A stretch of DNA of 64,000 nucleotides from a virus. Location: the IMG/VR virus record IMGVR_UViG_3300021389_000014, positions 9,958 through 73,957 of that record. The stretch is one strand, 5' to 3'. A program made the position numbers and the translations under genes. Positions 1-10,400 of the stretch are shown in pieces. The notes beneath the pieces are model-generated. The model saw only the letters and a list, made by a program, of their open reading frames with translations. It searched no databases and was not told where the DNA came from. Numbering within the stretch: position 1 is the first letter of the stretch; the number at the start of each line of letters is the position of its first letter.

Positions 1-2
1 TT

Positions 3-869
3 TTAAGATTTGGTGCATCTATGCAAAATCTTTATAATAGCGGCGATCTGTTAGAAATAGAAATGCAGATACGTGGCGATCCGTATTGGCTTGGTCTTCC
101 TAATTCTCTCTATGATCTTGGATTGCCTACGGATGCAGCCGATTATGAGATGGGAGCAAATTATTTTTTCCTAAAAATAAATCTACCATCTCCGAATGGT
201 CCGAGTAATGATTTTTTGATAACTGGATTATATCGTGTAATAAGTGTTATTAGTGAGTATAGAAATGGAAAATTTATTCAATATTTAAAAGCTTATCGCG
301 ATGTAATAATAAATACCGATACTGTTATTTCTACTTTAGAATCTGGCGATGGTGTTGCCCCAAATACCTCCCCGAATGCGCCACTTGACGGCTCTAGAAC
401 CTCTCCTAATGCGGGCAGTGCTAATCCCACTGTCACGGACCCAGCCGGATCAGGCAATCAAGGAGATGGTCTTAGCACAACGACAACCGGAGAACCTGTT
501 GGAAACACTGGCGAAAATGGAAGACTACCAGTAGACAGTCTGACACAAATAGCTCCTAATCATTATTTGAGAGAAGATGCAGCGGCTGCGTATGAAAGAA
601 TGGTATCAAGTGCTGCAGCAGACGGCATACGTTGGGGTATAAAAGATTCTTATAGAACATATGACGAACAAGTAATACTGGCAAACCGACTTGGATTATA
701 CAAAGACGGTGGGTTGGCTGCTGAACCCGGCCAAAGTAACCATGGATGGGGTCTTGCCCTAGACTTAGACTTAGATTCACAGTCGCAGCAATGGATTAAC
801 CAGAACGCGGGAAATTATGGATTTAACACTATTTCCAGAGAACCTTGGCACTGGGAATATAATGGATAA
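3..869 (+). CDS. Baseplate hub-like protein, C-terminal part (5'-truncated by window), with C-terminal M15B/VanY-type D,D-peptidase domain
   Basis: Frame is open from position 3. 'IRGDPYWLG...GLYRVISV...F.Q.L.A.R' resembles a hub C-terminus. The C-terminal domain has the SYRT..EQ, AA.PG.SNHGWGLALD and EPWHWEY motifs of Zn peptidase M15B. Confidence 0.75.
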   Translation, partial: LRFGASMQNLYNSGDLLEIEMQIRGDPYWLGLPNSLYDLGLPTDAADYEMGANYFFLKINLPSPNGPSNDFLITGLYRVISVISEYRNGKFIQYLKAYRDVIINTDTVISTLESGDGVAPNTSPNAPLDGSRTSPNAGSANPTVTDPAGSGNQGDGLSTTTTGEPVGNTGENGRLPVDSLTQIAPNHYLREDAAAAYERMVSSAAADGIRWGIKDSYRTYDEQVILANRLGLYKDGGLAAEPGQSNHGWGLALDLDLDSQSQQWINQNAGNYGFNTISREPWHWEYNG

Positions 870-881
870 TAAGGAAATAAA

Positions 882-3116
882 ATGTCAATGAGGTCAGTTA
901 ACAGATTTCAAAAAAAAGTAAGACAACAATATAATCAAAATTTGATTAATATGGGGGTCACTATTCCGGCAGGGATATATCTCGGAGAAGTTACACAGAA
1001 CAGTGATCCAGATTATCCAGATATGAGAGTGAAAGTTCACGTTTTTCGTTTACTTCCTGCTATAACTCCTCAAAATTCTAAAGAAGTAACCGACGATGAA
1101 CCAGAATTGGGAAGTATTTGGTGCCAAAGAATGTCACCATTTGCTGCAAATACTGATGATTATTCTTATGGCATGATGGGTCCACCTCCTGAACCTGGAA
1201 ATACCGTCATTGTTGCATATACTGGTGATTATGCTAGTGGAATTATACTTGGTGTTTTGCCGGACCTTAAAAAGAACCAAGGTTTATTTACTGGCGGACA
1301 ACCAGCAGCGGAAACGTCAGAAGGTATTAATCCTGCAAGTGAGCCAGATAGTCAAGGAAATCAAACTGCAATACCAGTTGTAGAAGGAACTGCTCCAGAT
1401 TTATTAAAAGATGATCCTATGAGAAGACCATCTCAGCGATTTAATCCAAGAAATACAAGCATTAGTGCAGCGGGAGGAAATCACGTTACTGTTAGTCCAG
1501 GTGATCGTGAAGATGGAACTGGCGCAGGTGTTAGAATGGGAACAGGACGAGGTGCTCAATTGTTGATGGACAATCGTAGTGATACGATTTATATGAACAA
1601 TGCTTCCGGAAATGGTTACATATCTATGGATACAAACGGTAATATAGATATGTATTGTGAGGGAACTTTTAGCGTACACGCGGTTGGTGGATTTAATTTT
1701 CACACCGATAACAGTTTTGTAATGCAGGCTGATGATGGAATTAATATGAAATCTCTTGGCGGCAGTGGTGTAAAAATACAAGCTGCAGGAGGCAATTTGG
1801 ATTTATCTATACTTAACGATGTTTATATAACTGCACAAGGTGGTGAGATACATGCCCTTGCTGGCAGTAATATAATAATGAAAGGTTCAAACATTCATCT
1901 GAACGGCCCCGATGCTACGCGTGCCACCCCGCCTACAGTTTCTTCCCAAATGGGAAACACTGGCGTAACTCAAAGCGTAAGTGGTCGTGTTCCAGAAGCA
2001 GAACCGTGGAGAGGGCATACGACATATAGTAGAGATGCTGACCAATCTGGTAACAGAAGTGAATATTCTACTGCACCTGGAGCGGGGATTGACCCAAGTC
2101 GTGTAGGAAATGAATATCCGCCAATACCAGAAAATTCTTCTAATTTGGTATTTTGGCAAAACGGAGTAGATAGAAGAATTAGTCAACAATTATTTGATGC
2201 GCTTGAAAATATTGCTAGAGAATATGGAAAGGCATTAAAAATAACAAAAGGTTATGTTATACCTTCTCGTTCTGGTGGAACTAGCAATGCAGATAATAGT
2301 TTGCATATGACTGGCCAAGCAGTAGACATTATTCATGCTGAAGGTAGACCGGAAATTTTACGAGATGAAGTTTTGCAAATTATAGAACTAGCTAAAAACA
2401 ATGGTATAGGTGGTATAGGGGTTTACAATGATAGAAGACCAGATGCTGCATTTGCAAACGAACTACATTTTGATTTAGGTCGTGAAAGAATTTGGGGAGA
2501 ATGCGCTGATGGAACATTGCAATACGAATGTTTACCTACCGCTATACAAAATGAGGCCAGTGAATTAGGATATGATCCAGAAATTCCGATAGAAGATGCT
2601 CGATTTGCAACAGGAAACGGAGCAGTCAATGTAGAAGATATATCTGGTAATTCCAACGCAGAAAAATTGTATAATTATTTTGTAGAAGAAAGAGGCTATT
2701 CCCCGCAACAAGCTGCTGGTGCAGTTGGTAGTTTGATGGGAGAAAGTTATGAAAGACTAGACCCAACTGCGGTAAACAGTATAGGTGCAACTGGAATTGC
2801 GCAATGGCTTGGTCCAAGAAAAAATAATTTATATGAATTTTCGGCAAATCCAAACGCATTTGATCCTAATTCTTTTGATAGCACTTCTCCGCTAGACCCA
2901 TTGTCTTTTGACACGCAATTGCAATTCTTAGATTGGGAATTAAATAATGATTCTTACGAATCTAGAACAGACAGTCATATGGTTCAAGCTACCAATGCTG
3001 CGCAAGCCGCAGAAATATGGACTAGAATTTATGAGAGGCCATCGGCTGCGGAAATTTCTTCATCTTTGCCCACTAGACAACAATACGCCAACAACGTGTT
3101 AAGTTCCTTTTACTAA
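882..3116 (+). CDS. gp5: gp5-like baseplate central spike protein with M15A peptidase and phage tail lysozyme domains
   Basis: N-terminal OB-fold (G.V..N.DP...R.KV; PP..G..V.V), Gly-rich beta-helix repeats, 'SLHMTGQAVD...GIGVY...LHFD' (M15A) and 'AAG.VG.LMGES...GIAQW...QL.F...EL...YERP...R' (tail lysozyme). Confidence 0.85.
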   Translation: MSMRSVNRFQKKVRQQYNQNLINMGVTIPAGIYLGEVTQNSDPDYPDMRVKVHVFRLLPAITPQNSKEVTDDEPELGSIWCQRMSPFAANTDDYSYGMMGPPPEPGNTVIVAYTGDYASGIILGVLPDLKKNQGLFTGGQPAAETSEGINPASEPDSQGNQTAIPVVEGTAPDLLKDDPMRRPSQRFNPRNTSISAAGGNHVTVSPGDREDGTGAGVRMGTGRGAQLLMDNRSDTIYMNNASGNGYISMDTNGNIDMYCEGTFSVHAVGGFNFHTDNSFVMQADDGINMKSLGGSGVKIQAAGGNLDLSILNDVYITAQGGEIHALAGSNIIMKGSNIHLNGPDATRATPPTVSSQMGNTGVTQSVSGRVPEAEPWRGHTTYSRDADQSGNRSEYSTAPGAGIDPSRVGNEYPPIPENSSNLVFWQNGVDRRISQQLFDALENIAREYGKALKITKGYVIPSRSGGTSNADNSLHMTGQAVDIIHAEGRPEILRDEVLQIIELAKNNGIGGIGVYNDRRPDAAFANELHFDLGRERIWGECADGTLQYECLPTAIQNEASELGYDPEIPIEDARFATGNGAVNVEDISGNSNAEKLYNYFVEERGYSPQQAAGAVGSLMGESYERLDPTAVNSIGATGIAQWLGPRKNNLYEFSANPNAFDPNSFDSTSPLDPLSFDTQLQFLDWELNNDSYESRTDSHMVQATNAAQAAEIWTRIYERPSAAEISSSLPTRQQYANNVLSSFY

Positions 3117-3136
3117 TAATATATGGAAAATAAAAT

Positions 3137-3871
3137 ATGATAAACAAAAATGCGCCAATATCTGCAAGACTACAGTGGGAAACGTTTGTTATATCTGATT
3201 CGCACAGGGCAAATCTTCCGGTTGACAAAACCGTTTTGCAGACAAGTGAAGATATGATAGAACTTATACTAGCAAATAACTATAGATATAGAATGTATAG
3301 ATATTTGTCAGAAGAAGAAAAAACTTATAAAATAGGTTATGGCTATGGCGATTCGTCATTGCCATATGGCATGACTGAGGACGACGCATATGGCGAATGG
3401 ATAAAAGAATTTAAGAAAAAAGAGGATCAATTTGCTAGGCAACTCCCAATAAATTACTTATCACAATCTCAATTTGACGCACTAATGTCTCTTTATTTTA
3501 CAACAGGAAATTGGAGATATATTCCTTCAAACACTGTTCCTGGCAGTTATGATATTCTTAATGCAGTAAAACTTGGAAACTGGGAAGCAGTAGCAAATAT
3601 GATTTCAGATTGTCCTACAAACAGACATCAAAGATTTGTAGAAGCTAGAGTTATGATACTTGGGGATTATTCTACTCAAAGAACGAGAAGGTCTATTGCA
3701 ATTGAGGGAATACAATTTGCACGTGCACAATATGGTGCAAATAAAATAACAGATTCTGTATCAAAAAAACAGGCAGAATTTGCATATTATCGTCAAACTG
3801 GGGGAGGATATTTGCCAAACACCCCTATGCTCAGAAAAATACAAATTAAAAGACAATATCCTCTAAGATAA
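3137..3871 (+). CDS. GH24 lysozyme-fold baseplate protein, probably catalytically degenerate
   Basis: 'IGYG', 'QSQFDALMSL.F..G' and 'R..EA' motifs are present; the usual E-x8-D-x5-T triad is not evident. Lies between gp5 and gp25. Confidence 0.6.
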   Translation: MINKNAPISARLQWETFVISDSHRANLPVDKTVLQTSEDMIELILANNYRYRMYRYLSEEEKTYKIGYGYGDSSLPYGMTEDDAYGEWIKEFKKKEDQFARQLPINYLSQSQFDALMSLYFTTGNWRYIPSNTVPGSYDILNAVKLGNWEAVANMISDCPTNRHQRFVEARVMILGDYSTQRTRRSIAIEGIQFARAQYGANKITDSVSKKQAEFAYYRQTGGGYLPNTPMLRKIQIKRQYPLR

Positions 3872-3904
3872 AAATACCACTTTATTTTAGTGATAAATAA
3901 AGAT

Positions 3905-4270
3905 ATGGAAAATAAATTTATTGGATATTCTACGATTGGTATTGAATTTGGAAGTGTCACATTGACTGATGTGAGTCTTGCTATTAGAGATTTGTACAAT
4001 CATTTCTATACAAGAAAAGGTGAGAGGTTAGGTGAGCCAGATTTTGGTAGCATCTTGCCTCTTATGGTTTTTGAGCAATTGGATGATACGTCCATTTTTG
4101 CGATTGAACAGGACGTTAAAAACGTCATAAAATCAGACCCAAGATGGGAATTTATTAGTATGTCTACAGAAACTGGTGAGAATAGTATCGTATGTGTCGT
4201 TCGTGTCAACTATGTAGAAAATGCAACCGCCCAAGAATTATATCTAAGATATACAGCAGAAGAGAGTTAA
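3905..4270 (+). CDS. gp25: gp25-like baseplate wedge subunit
   Basis: 'L.N.F.TRKGER...P.FGS....L.FE...I..DPR' signature. ATG at 3905 preferred because it lies downstream of a late promoter motif. Confidence 0.9.
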   Translation: MENKFIGYSTIGIEFGSVTLTDVSLAIRDLYNHFYTRKGERLGEPDFGSILPLMVFEQLDDTSIFAIEQDVKNVIKSDPRWEFISMSTETGENSIVCVVRVNYVENATAQELYLRYTAEES

Positions 4271-4273
4271 AAT

Positions 4274-7200
4274 ATGTCACAGAGTGCAAGGCAGCGTAAT
4301 TTATTTGCAGCAGAAGATTTTACCGTAGTTTACGATAGCTTTAAACAGGCCAACTTTAAGGCGTATGATTACGAAACTATAAAAACTGCGATGGTAGACT
4401 ATATTAGAACAAACTATCCGGAAAATTTTAATGACTGGATTCGTTCTAGTGAATTTACGTCACTTATTGAACTTATGGCATTTCTTGGCCACAATCTGGC
4501 TTTCCGTAGTGATTTGGCAGTTAGAGAAAACTTTTTAAGCACCGCAGAGCGCCGTGACAGCGTTTTAAAAATTGCAGATTTTCTGGGATACAATCCCGCT
4601 CGCGCGTATCCAGCTACTGGTTTCTTAAAAATAAAGAGCATAAAAACAAATCAAAATGTGTACGGAGTTTCTGGAAAATCTCTAAAAGATGTTAAGGTTG
4701 AATTCCAAAATACCACCGATTCTGGATTTCAAAATTTTATGTTGGTAATTAATGAAGTATTGTCGTCATCTAATTTATTTGGCAAGCCATACGATAGTGT
4801 TGGCATAGATGACATAAGTAATGATTTATATTTGACGAATAAAGTTGCCACAGATAAAGTAGTTTATAGTTTCAAAGCATCGGTTGGTGGGGTAAAATAT
4901 CCGTTTGAAATACATAATAGTGCCGCATCAGAAGAAAATAGTACAATAGTAGAACCAAGCCCAAATCCAGCTAATGCATTTGCACTTTTGTATAAAAATG
5001 ATAATAAAGGAATTGGTAGTAAAAATACTGGGTTTTTTGTTGGATTTAAACAAGGAAGTCTACAATATACTGATTATACAATAGACAATCCAGTTTCAAA
5101 TTTAAAAATTGATTTAAATGTAAACAATGTGAATGACACCGATGTTTGGGTTCAAGCTATTGACGAGACTGGCACAGTAATTGAGACTTGGACTAAAGTT
5201 GATACGGTAAATGGCATTTCTCAAATATTTAATCCAAATAACCAAGATAGCAGAAAATTCTTTTCTGTAAAAACAATGGAAAATGATAATGTTAGTATAA
5301 ATTTCGGAGATGGCGATTTTGCAGAAATACCAAAAGGGATAATCCGTATATGGTATAGAACTAGTTTGAATCAATCTTATACGCTGAACCCAGACGACAT
5401 TGGAATCATAAGCTTTAGTATCCCATATATCGGAAGTGACAACAATCGTTATAATGCAACGTTTACACTAGAATTGCAAGAACCAGTTACAAATGCTTCT
5501 TCTCGTGAAACTTTGCAAACTATAAAAAATAAAGCCGGAAGAATATTCAATACGCAAGACAGAATGGTAACGGCGGAGGATTATGCCACTTATCCTGTTT
5601 CTGTTTCGTCAAATATTATAAAAATAAAAAGTGTAAACAGAACGCATAGCGGACATAGTAAATTTATTGATTTTAATGATCCTACCGCGACATATCAAAA
5701 TGTTGATATTTTTAGCGACGACGGATATTTTTACACCGAAAATATCGTCACTAGGTCAACTATCCCAGAAAATTCAAATTTTAGTGTTTCGCAAATATTT
5801 GATGCTTATATAAGGAATATTCCGGCAGATGATGAGCTATTGAATTTTTATTATAAGTATTATGAGCCTATAAACAAACCGGATTTAGATTTTTATGAAT
5901 GGCAGCAAGTCACATTTGGTCCTTCTTCTAGTTCTGGATATTTTACAAAATTGGAAGAAAGTTCTAATGTTGTTAAAAGAGTTGGACCGTATGCAGACCG
6001 CGTATTGCTCGAGTCTATAACTGCAAATTCTATAATAGAGTTTATTTTAGATGGTCATGACCCAATATGGGCAAGGGTCATAAGTGTGTATGAAGATGGA
6101 TTGGGTCTGGAAGACAGCACTGGATATCCTACTGGTCTTGACAACAAAGGAAATGGTTCAATAATGTTGTCAAAAACTGTTCCAGATGGATATTATATCA
6201 ATCGTGTATTTCCGGCATTTTCTAAAAATTTTACAGAAAGTGAAAAAATCTCTATTTTGAAAAATCTTAATAGTAAAAATAATTTTGGATTACGATATAA
6301 TAATATTGAAAATTCTTGGACTATCATTGGTCCAGAAAATCTTTTTCCATATACTCCTCTAATGCAAGATGATTTTAGTTTACAAAATGCAGGAGACGAG
6401 AGTTCTTCAAATTTAGACAATAGTTGGTTAATTCGCTTTGATTATTCTGGAAATAAGTGGACTGTTCTTACTAGAAATTATCGTATTGTTTTTGGAAGCG
6501 AAGAAGCAGTGAGATTTTACAACGTAAAGGGAAACTATAAAATTAATGGTTTTAATAAAAAATCAGACAAGGATAAAGTATCTATATTGAAATATAACAC
6601 TTACCCAGACACCATGATGCCAACAAATAAAACAATAGATGTATATGCTCACAGGTATTATACCGAGAATGGTGGCAATCAAGACGACCATAAAATAATA
6701 ATGACTCTTTCTGATATAAACAATGATGGTTATCCAGATAACCCAGTTGCTCTTTCTGATTTTATAGGAACAAATATGATACCGATAGCCAAAAAGACGG
6801 ACGGGATTATTGAATATCAAGTATATGATCCTACTTATACTCCAAATAAAAATGGAAGAAGCAATGTTGCATTTAAATGGACAAGGATTGCAGAGAGTGA
6901 TAAAAGAATTGATCCATCAATAAGCAACGTGATAGATACATTCGTTTTAACTTCTGGATACGATAGAACATTTAGGTCTTGGGTTGCCAATAATCGTGAC
7001 AAAAAATATTTGCCTGTCCCGCCTACATCTGGTGCTATTTCTACGCAATTTGCAAATATCAATAGAAAAAAGAGTATAAGTGATAGTGTTATATATCATA
7101 GTGGAAAATATAAAATTATATTTGGAGAATTGGCTGATGTTGAATATCAAGCAAAGTTTCGTGTAGTCAAATCTCCAGGAACAAGCTTAAATGACGGAGA

Positions 7201-7486
7201 AGTAAAGAGCCGAGTAGTTTCTGCAATCAGAGATTTTTTTGATATAAATAATTGGGATTTTGGTGAAATGTTTTATTTTACTGAGCTTTCATCTTATATA
7301 CACAATAGATTATCTGGGTTTATTAGTAGCGTAGTTATTGTTCCTACCCAAGAAAGCAGTGTATTTGGTAATTTATTTGAATTGGCCCCAGAGACAGACG
7401 AATTGTTTTTGCCGGATGTAAGTATAGAAGATGTAGACATTGTTGATAGCTTTACAGAAGCAAATTTGAGACTTAGAAGGAATTAA
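4274..7486 (+). CDS. gp6: gp6-like baseplate wedge protein
   Basis: 'F.D...SSE...L.ELMA......L.FR.D....E.F..TA.RR.S....A..LGY.P', 'I.FGDG....IP' and 'Q.R.VT..DY' motifs; follows gp25. Confidence 0.85.
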   Translation: MSQSARQRNLFAAEDFTVVYDSFKQANFKAYDYETIKTAMVDYIRTNYPENFNDWIRSSEFTSLIELMAFLGHNLAFRSDLAVRENFLSTAERRDSVLKIADFLGYNPARAYPATGFLKIKSIKTNQNVYGVSGKSLKDVKVEFQNTTDSGFQNFMLVINEVLSSSNLFGKPYDSVGIDDISNDLYLTNKVATDKVVYSFKASVGGVKYPFEIHNSAASEENSTIVEPSPNPANAFALLYKNDNKGIGSKNTGFFVGFKQGSLQYTDYTIDNPVSNLKIDLNVNNVNDTDVWVQAIDETGTVIETWTKVDTVNGISQIFNPNNQDSRKFFSVKTMENDNVSINFGDGDFAEIPKGIIRIWYRTSLNQSYTLNPDDIGIISFSIPYIGSDNNRYNATFTLELQEPVTNASSRETLQTIKNKAGRIFNTQDRMVTAEDYATYPVSVSSNIIKIKSVNRTHSGHSKFIDFNDPTATYQNVDIFSDDGYFYTENIVTRSTIPENSNFSVSQIFDAYIRNIPADDELLNFYYKYYEPINKPDLDFYEWQQVTFGPSSSSGYFTKLEESSNVVKRVGPYADRVLLESITANSIIEFILDGHDPIWARVISVYEDGLGLEDSTGYPTGLDNKGNGSIMLSKTVPDGYYINRVFPAFSKNFTESEKISILKNLNSKNNFGLRYNNIENSWTIIGPENLFPYTPLMQDDFSLQNAGDESSSNLDNSWLIRFDYSGNKWTVLTRNYRIVFGSEEAVRFYNVKGNYKINGFNKKSDKDKVSILKYNTYPDTMMPTNKTIDVYAHRYYTENGGNQDDHKIIMTLSDINNDGYPDNPVALSDFIGTNMIPIAKKTDGIIEYQVYDPTYTPNKNGRSNVAFKWTRIAESDKRIDPSISNVIDTFVLTSGYDRTFRSWVANNRDKKYLPVPPTSGAISTQFANINRKKSISDSVIYHSGKYKIIFGELADVEYQAKFRVVKSPGTSLNDGEVKSRVVSAIRDFFDINNWDFGEMFYFTELSSYIHNRLSGFISSVVIVPTQESSVFGNLFELAPETDELFLPDVSIEDVDIVDSFTEANLRLRRN

Positions 7487-7489
7487 TAG

Positions 7490-10400
7490 ATGAAGCCCGA
7501 AAATACAAAAAAAGTAGACAGAAATATACAAAGCGGAACCACAAAAATATTACAAGGTTCTAGAAATGTTACAGACTTTTTGCCTAATATTTTCAAAACC
7601 CCTACGAATAGAAAATTTTTAAATTCTACACTTGAAAATCTTTTCAGTTCTGGAACAACCGAAAATATAAATTCATACTGGGGCAAAGTTTCTGGGTCAA
7701 CATTTGATTACGAAAATGACGTTTTTAATTCTGATACTACCTCTATTCGTCAAAATTATCAATTTGCTACTGGATTTAAAACTTCTGTAGATAGTCAGGA
7801 GGTTGCAACGTCTTATATAAATGCAATCCGTTCTCTTACAAGTAATGGATATGCCGTTGGTGATATGGACCGTTTGATGGCAGAGCAAGAATATATACTT
7901 GATCTTCCTATAAACAGTGACATGTTTGTAAATTACTTGAATTATCATTGGCTTATAGATGATATGCCGGTATGCGTAATAGAACCGACCTCTTCTAATC
8001 CTATTGATATTGATAAAATTGTGAAAGTTAACTCTTACACTACCCCAGTTCTTGAAAATGGAAAAACTCTTACCTTAGTAAATGGAATGAGAATTTCTTT
8101 TTCTGGAGTAAATGCAACTAGTAGTTCTGGGAATTATTTTGCAAATTCAATATATTTTGTTGAAGGAGTTGGTTCCGGTGAGATAACACTAGTAGAACAA
8201 ATAGATCGGTTTGGAAAAAATGTATTTCCTCGTGCAGTCCCTTATACGCCATATATTTATAGAGATGGATGGGATACCTCATTATTTGATTCGGTAGAAT
8301 ATGACGACAGTGTATATATAAATTTGTTAAAAGAGTATGTTGTTATGGACAGAATGTCCGATGACAAGAATGCTTGGTCGCGAATAAACAAATGGTATAG
8401 CATATATGCAATAACCGCCACCGCAGAATACAATGAATTTAGCATATCATCTGTAATAAATGAAAAGACTTCGGCAAGAAGACCTATTATACAGTTTGAC
8501 CCAAATATGGAATTGTATAATAGTGGGAAAAAATGGAAACTTGTTATAGACCATCATATTGAGGGAGTAACAGAAGCGGAAATTGAAGGAAATTCTCAAT
8601 ACTTCAATAATTATTATTATCTTGAAAATGGTGATAGAGTGCTGCTGACTGACAAAGATACTGATACATTTGGCGTATATGCCGTTACTGGTGTAGGAAG
8701 TAATATAAACTTGACTTCTATTACATCTAGTTTGGCATTCCAAAAAGACGATAAAATATATGTATCGCATTCGAACGTAGATGAGTTTATTGCAAACGAA
8801 TTTTATTATGAATTTGGGAAATTGATTCGTGCACAGCAAAAGACGCATAGAAGCGATTCTCCGTTATTTTCTTTATACGATTCAGGATCGAAATCTCTAA
8901 ATAATTATAACGAAACGAATTTTGTAGGTAACGAAATATTTAAATATAAAACAAGCGATACTTCTATTCTAGATCAAGAAACTGGACTGAACTTAGCATA
9001 TGATTTAAATAATCCAGAAGCATACTCGTTTGACATTGCGATAGAAAGTAAAAAATATTTATATTCTAGTGAAAATGGAATCATAACCAATATTGACGGA
9101 GAATATTTTTTTAAAAAACATATTCATTCAGAACAATATGTTTCGGTATGGTCGCCAACGAAAGATGTTCAACGTTCAAAAGTCAATGAAGTCATAGTTG
9201 TTGAAAAAGACGGGCAGAACGTTTCTTATAATATATCTCCCATTGAGCATCCAAATAGTTATATTGTTAAAATAAATCAAGACAATGCTATATGGTTTGA
9301 AAAAAAATACGGATATATATACAGCGATGGCGAAAAAAATCCTAATATAACACTTGTTCGGAACATGGATTATACAATAAATTATATATCAAACTACCAA
9401 TCAGCAACTGGTATTTACTTGGATATTTTTGATCCATACGGAAATGTTCCATCTGGGGTAACAATATCAAATGATAATACAAACGAAATTGCATTAAATG
9501 TTTCCGATAGTTACGAGTATGATACGCTAATATACAAAGCAAGTGGCTATGAATATTATGGTATTATTTTCTTGGTAGATTCTATTAAATCTTATGACGT
9601 TTTGTTAAATGGAAATTCTGCTACAGACACTGACTACGTTTATCAAAATGGAACTATAAAGATAACTTCTTCTTTAAAAAAAGGAGACGTAGTGGAATTT
9701 TCATACTACACTGACCAAGCATCTGCCCCGCGTGATATTGCGTCTAGTTTTAAATATAATCCACTAAATGAGCCAGTATTTGAGTTGAATTCTACTGAAA
9801 TAGCAGATCATATTATAAAACAAAATATAGAAAATCCGTTCTACGACGGAGTGTTTGTCGGAGAAAATACATATTATAAATCTCCGAAAAACACCACTTA
9901 TGGGGGAAATATCAGACAGCAAATATATTCTCCCGCGCCACATTCTATATTTCATGCTAATGAAAATTACGATATTCTTACGTCTATTGATATTATCAAG
10001 ACTGACTACGAAAACTTTAAAAATATATTTAAGTCCAAAGTAACGCAACTTTGGAATAGAAATTCATTTGACAGTATTCGGGATTTGGTAGACGAAACAT
10101 TGTCTCAAATTAATATAGGAAAGAACGAAACATTTTCATATGCTAGAAGCAATATGGCATACTATGACAACTTCGAAACATATACGCATAATGTAACGGA
10201 TACCGATCTAACATTCGATATATCTTTTTTAAAAAATGCGTATGGAAATAAAAAAACGAGTTACCAGCTTTGGATCATCACAGATGAATCGACCCAGCAA
10301 GAATGGGTTCCTTTAAAAGAAGATAAAGATTTTACATTAAATTTTGATTTAATAAAAATAAATCAAGAAATCCTCGGCTCTGCAACTAGTGCAACGGTAG

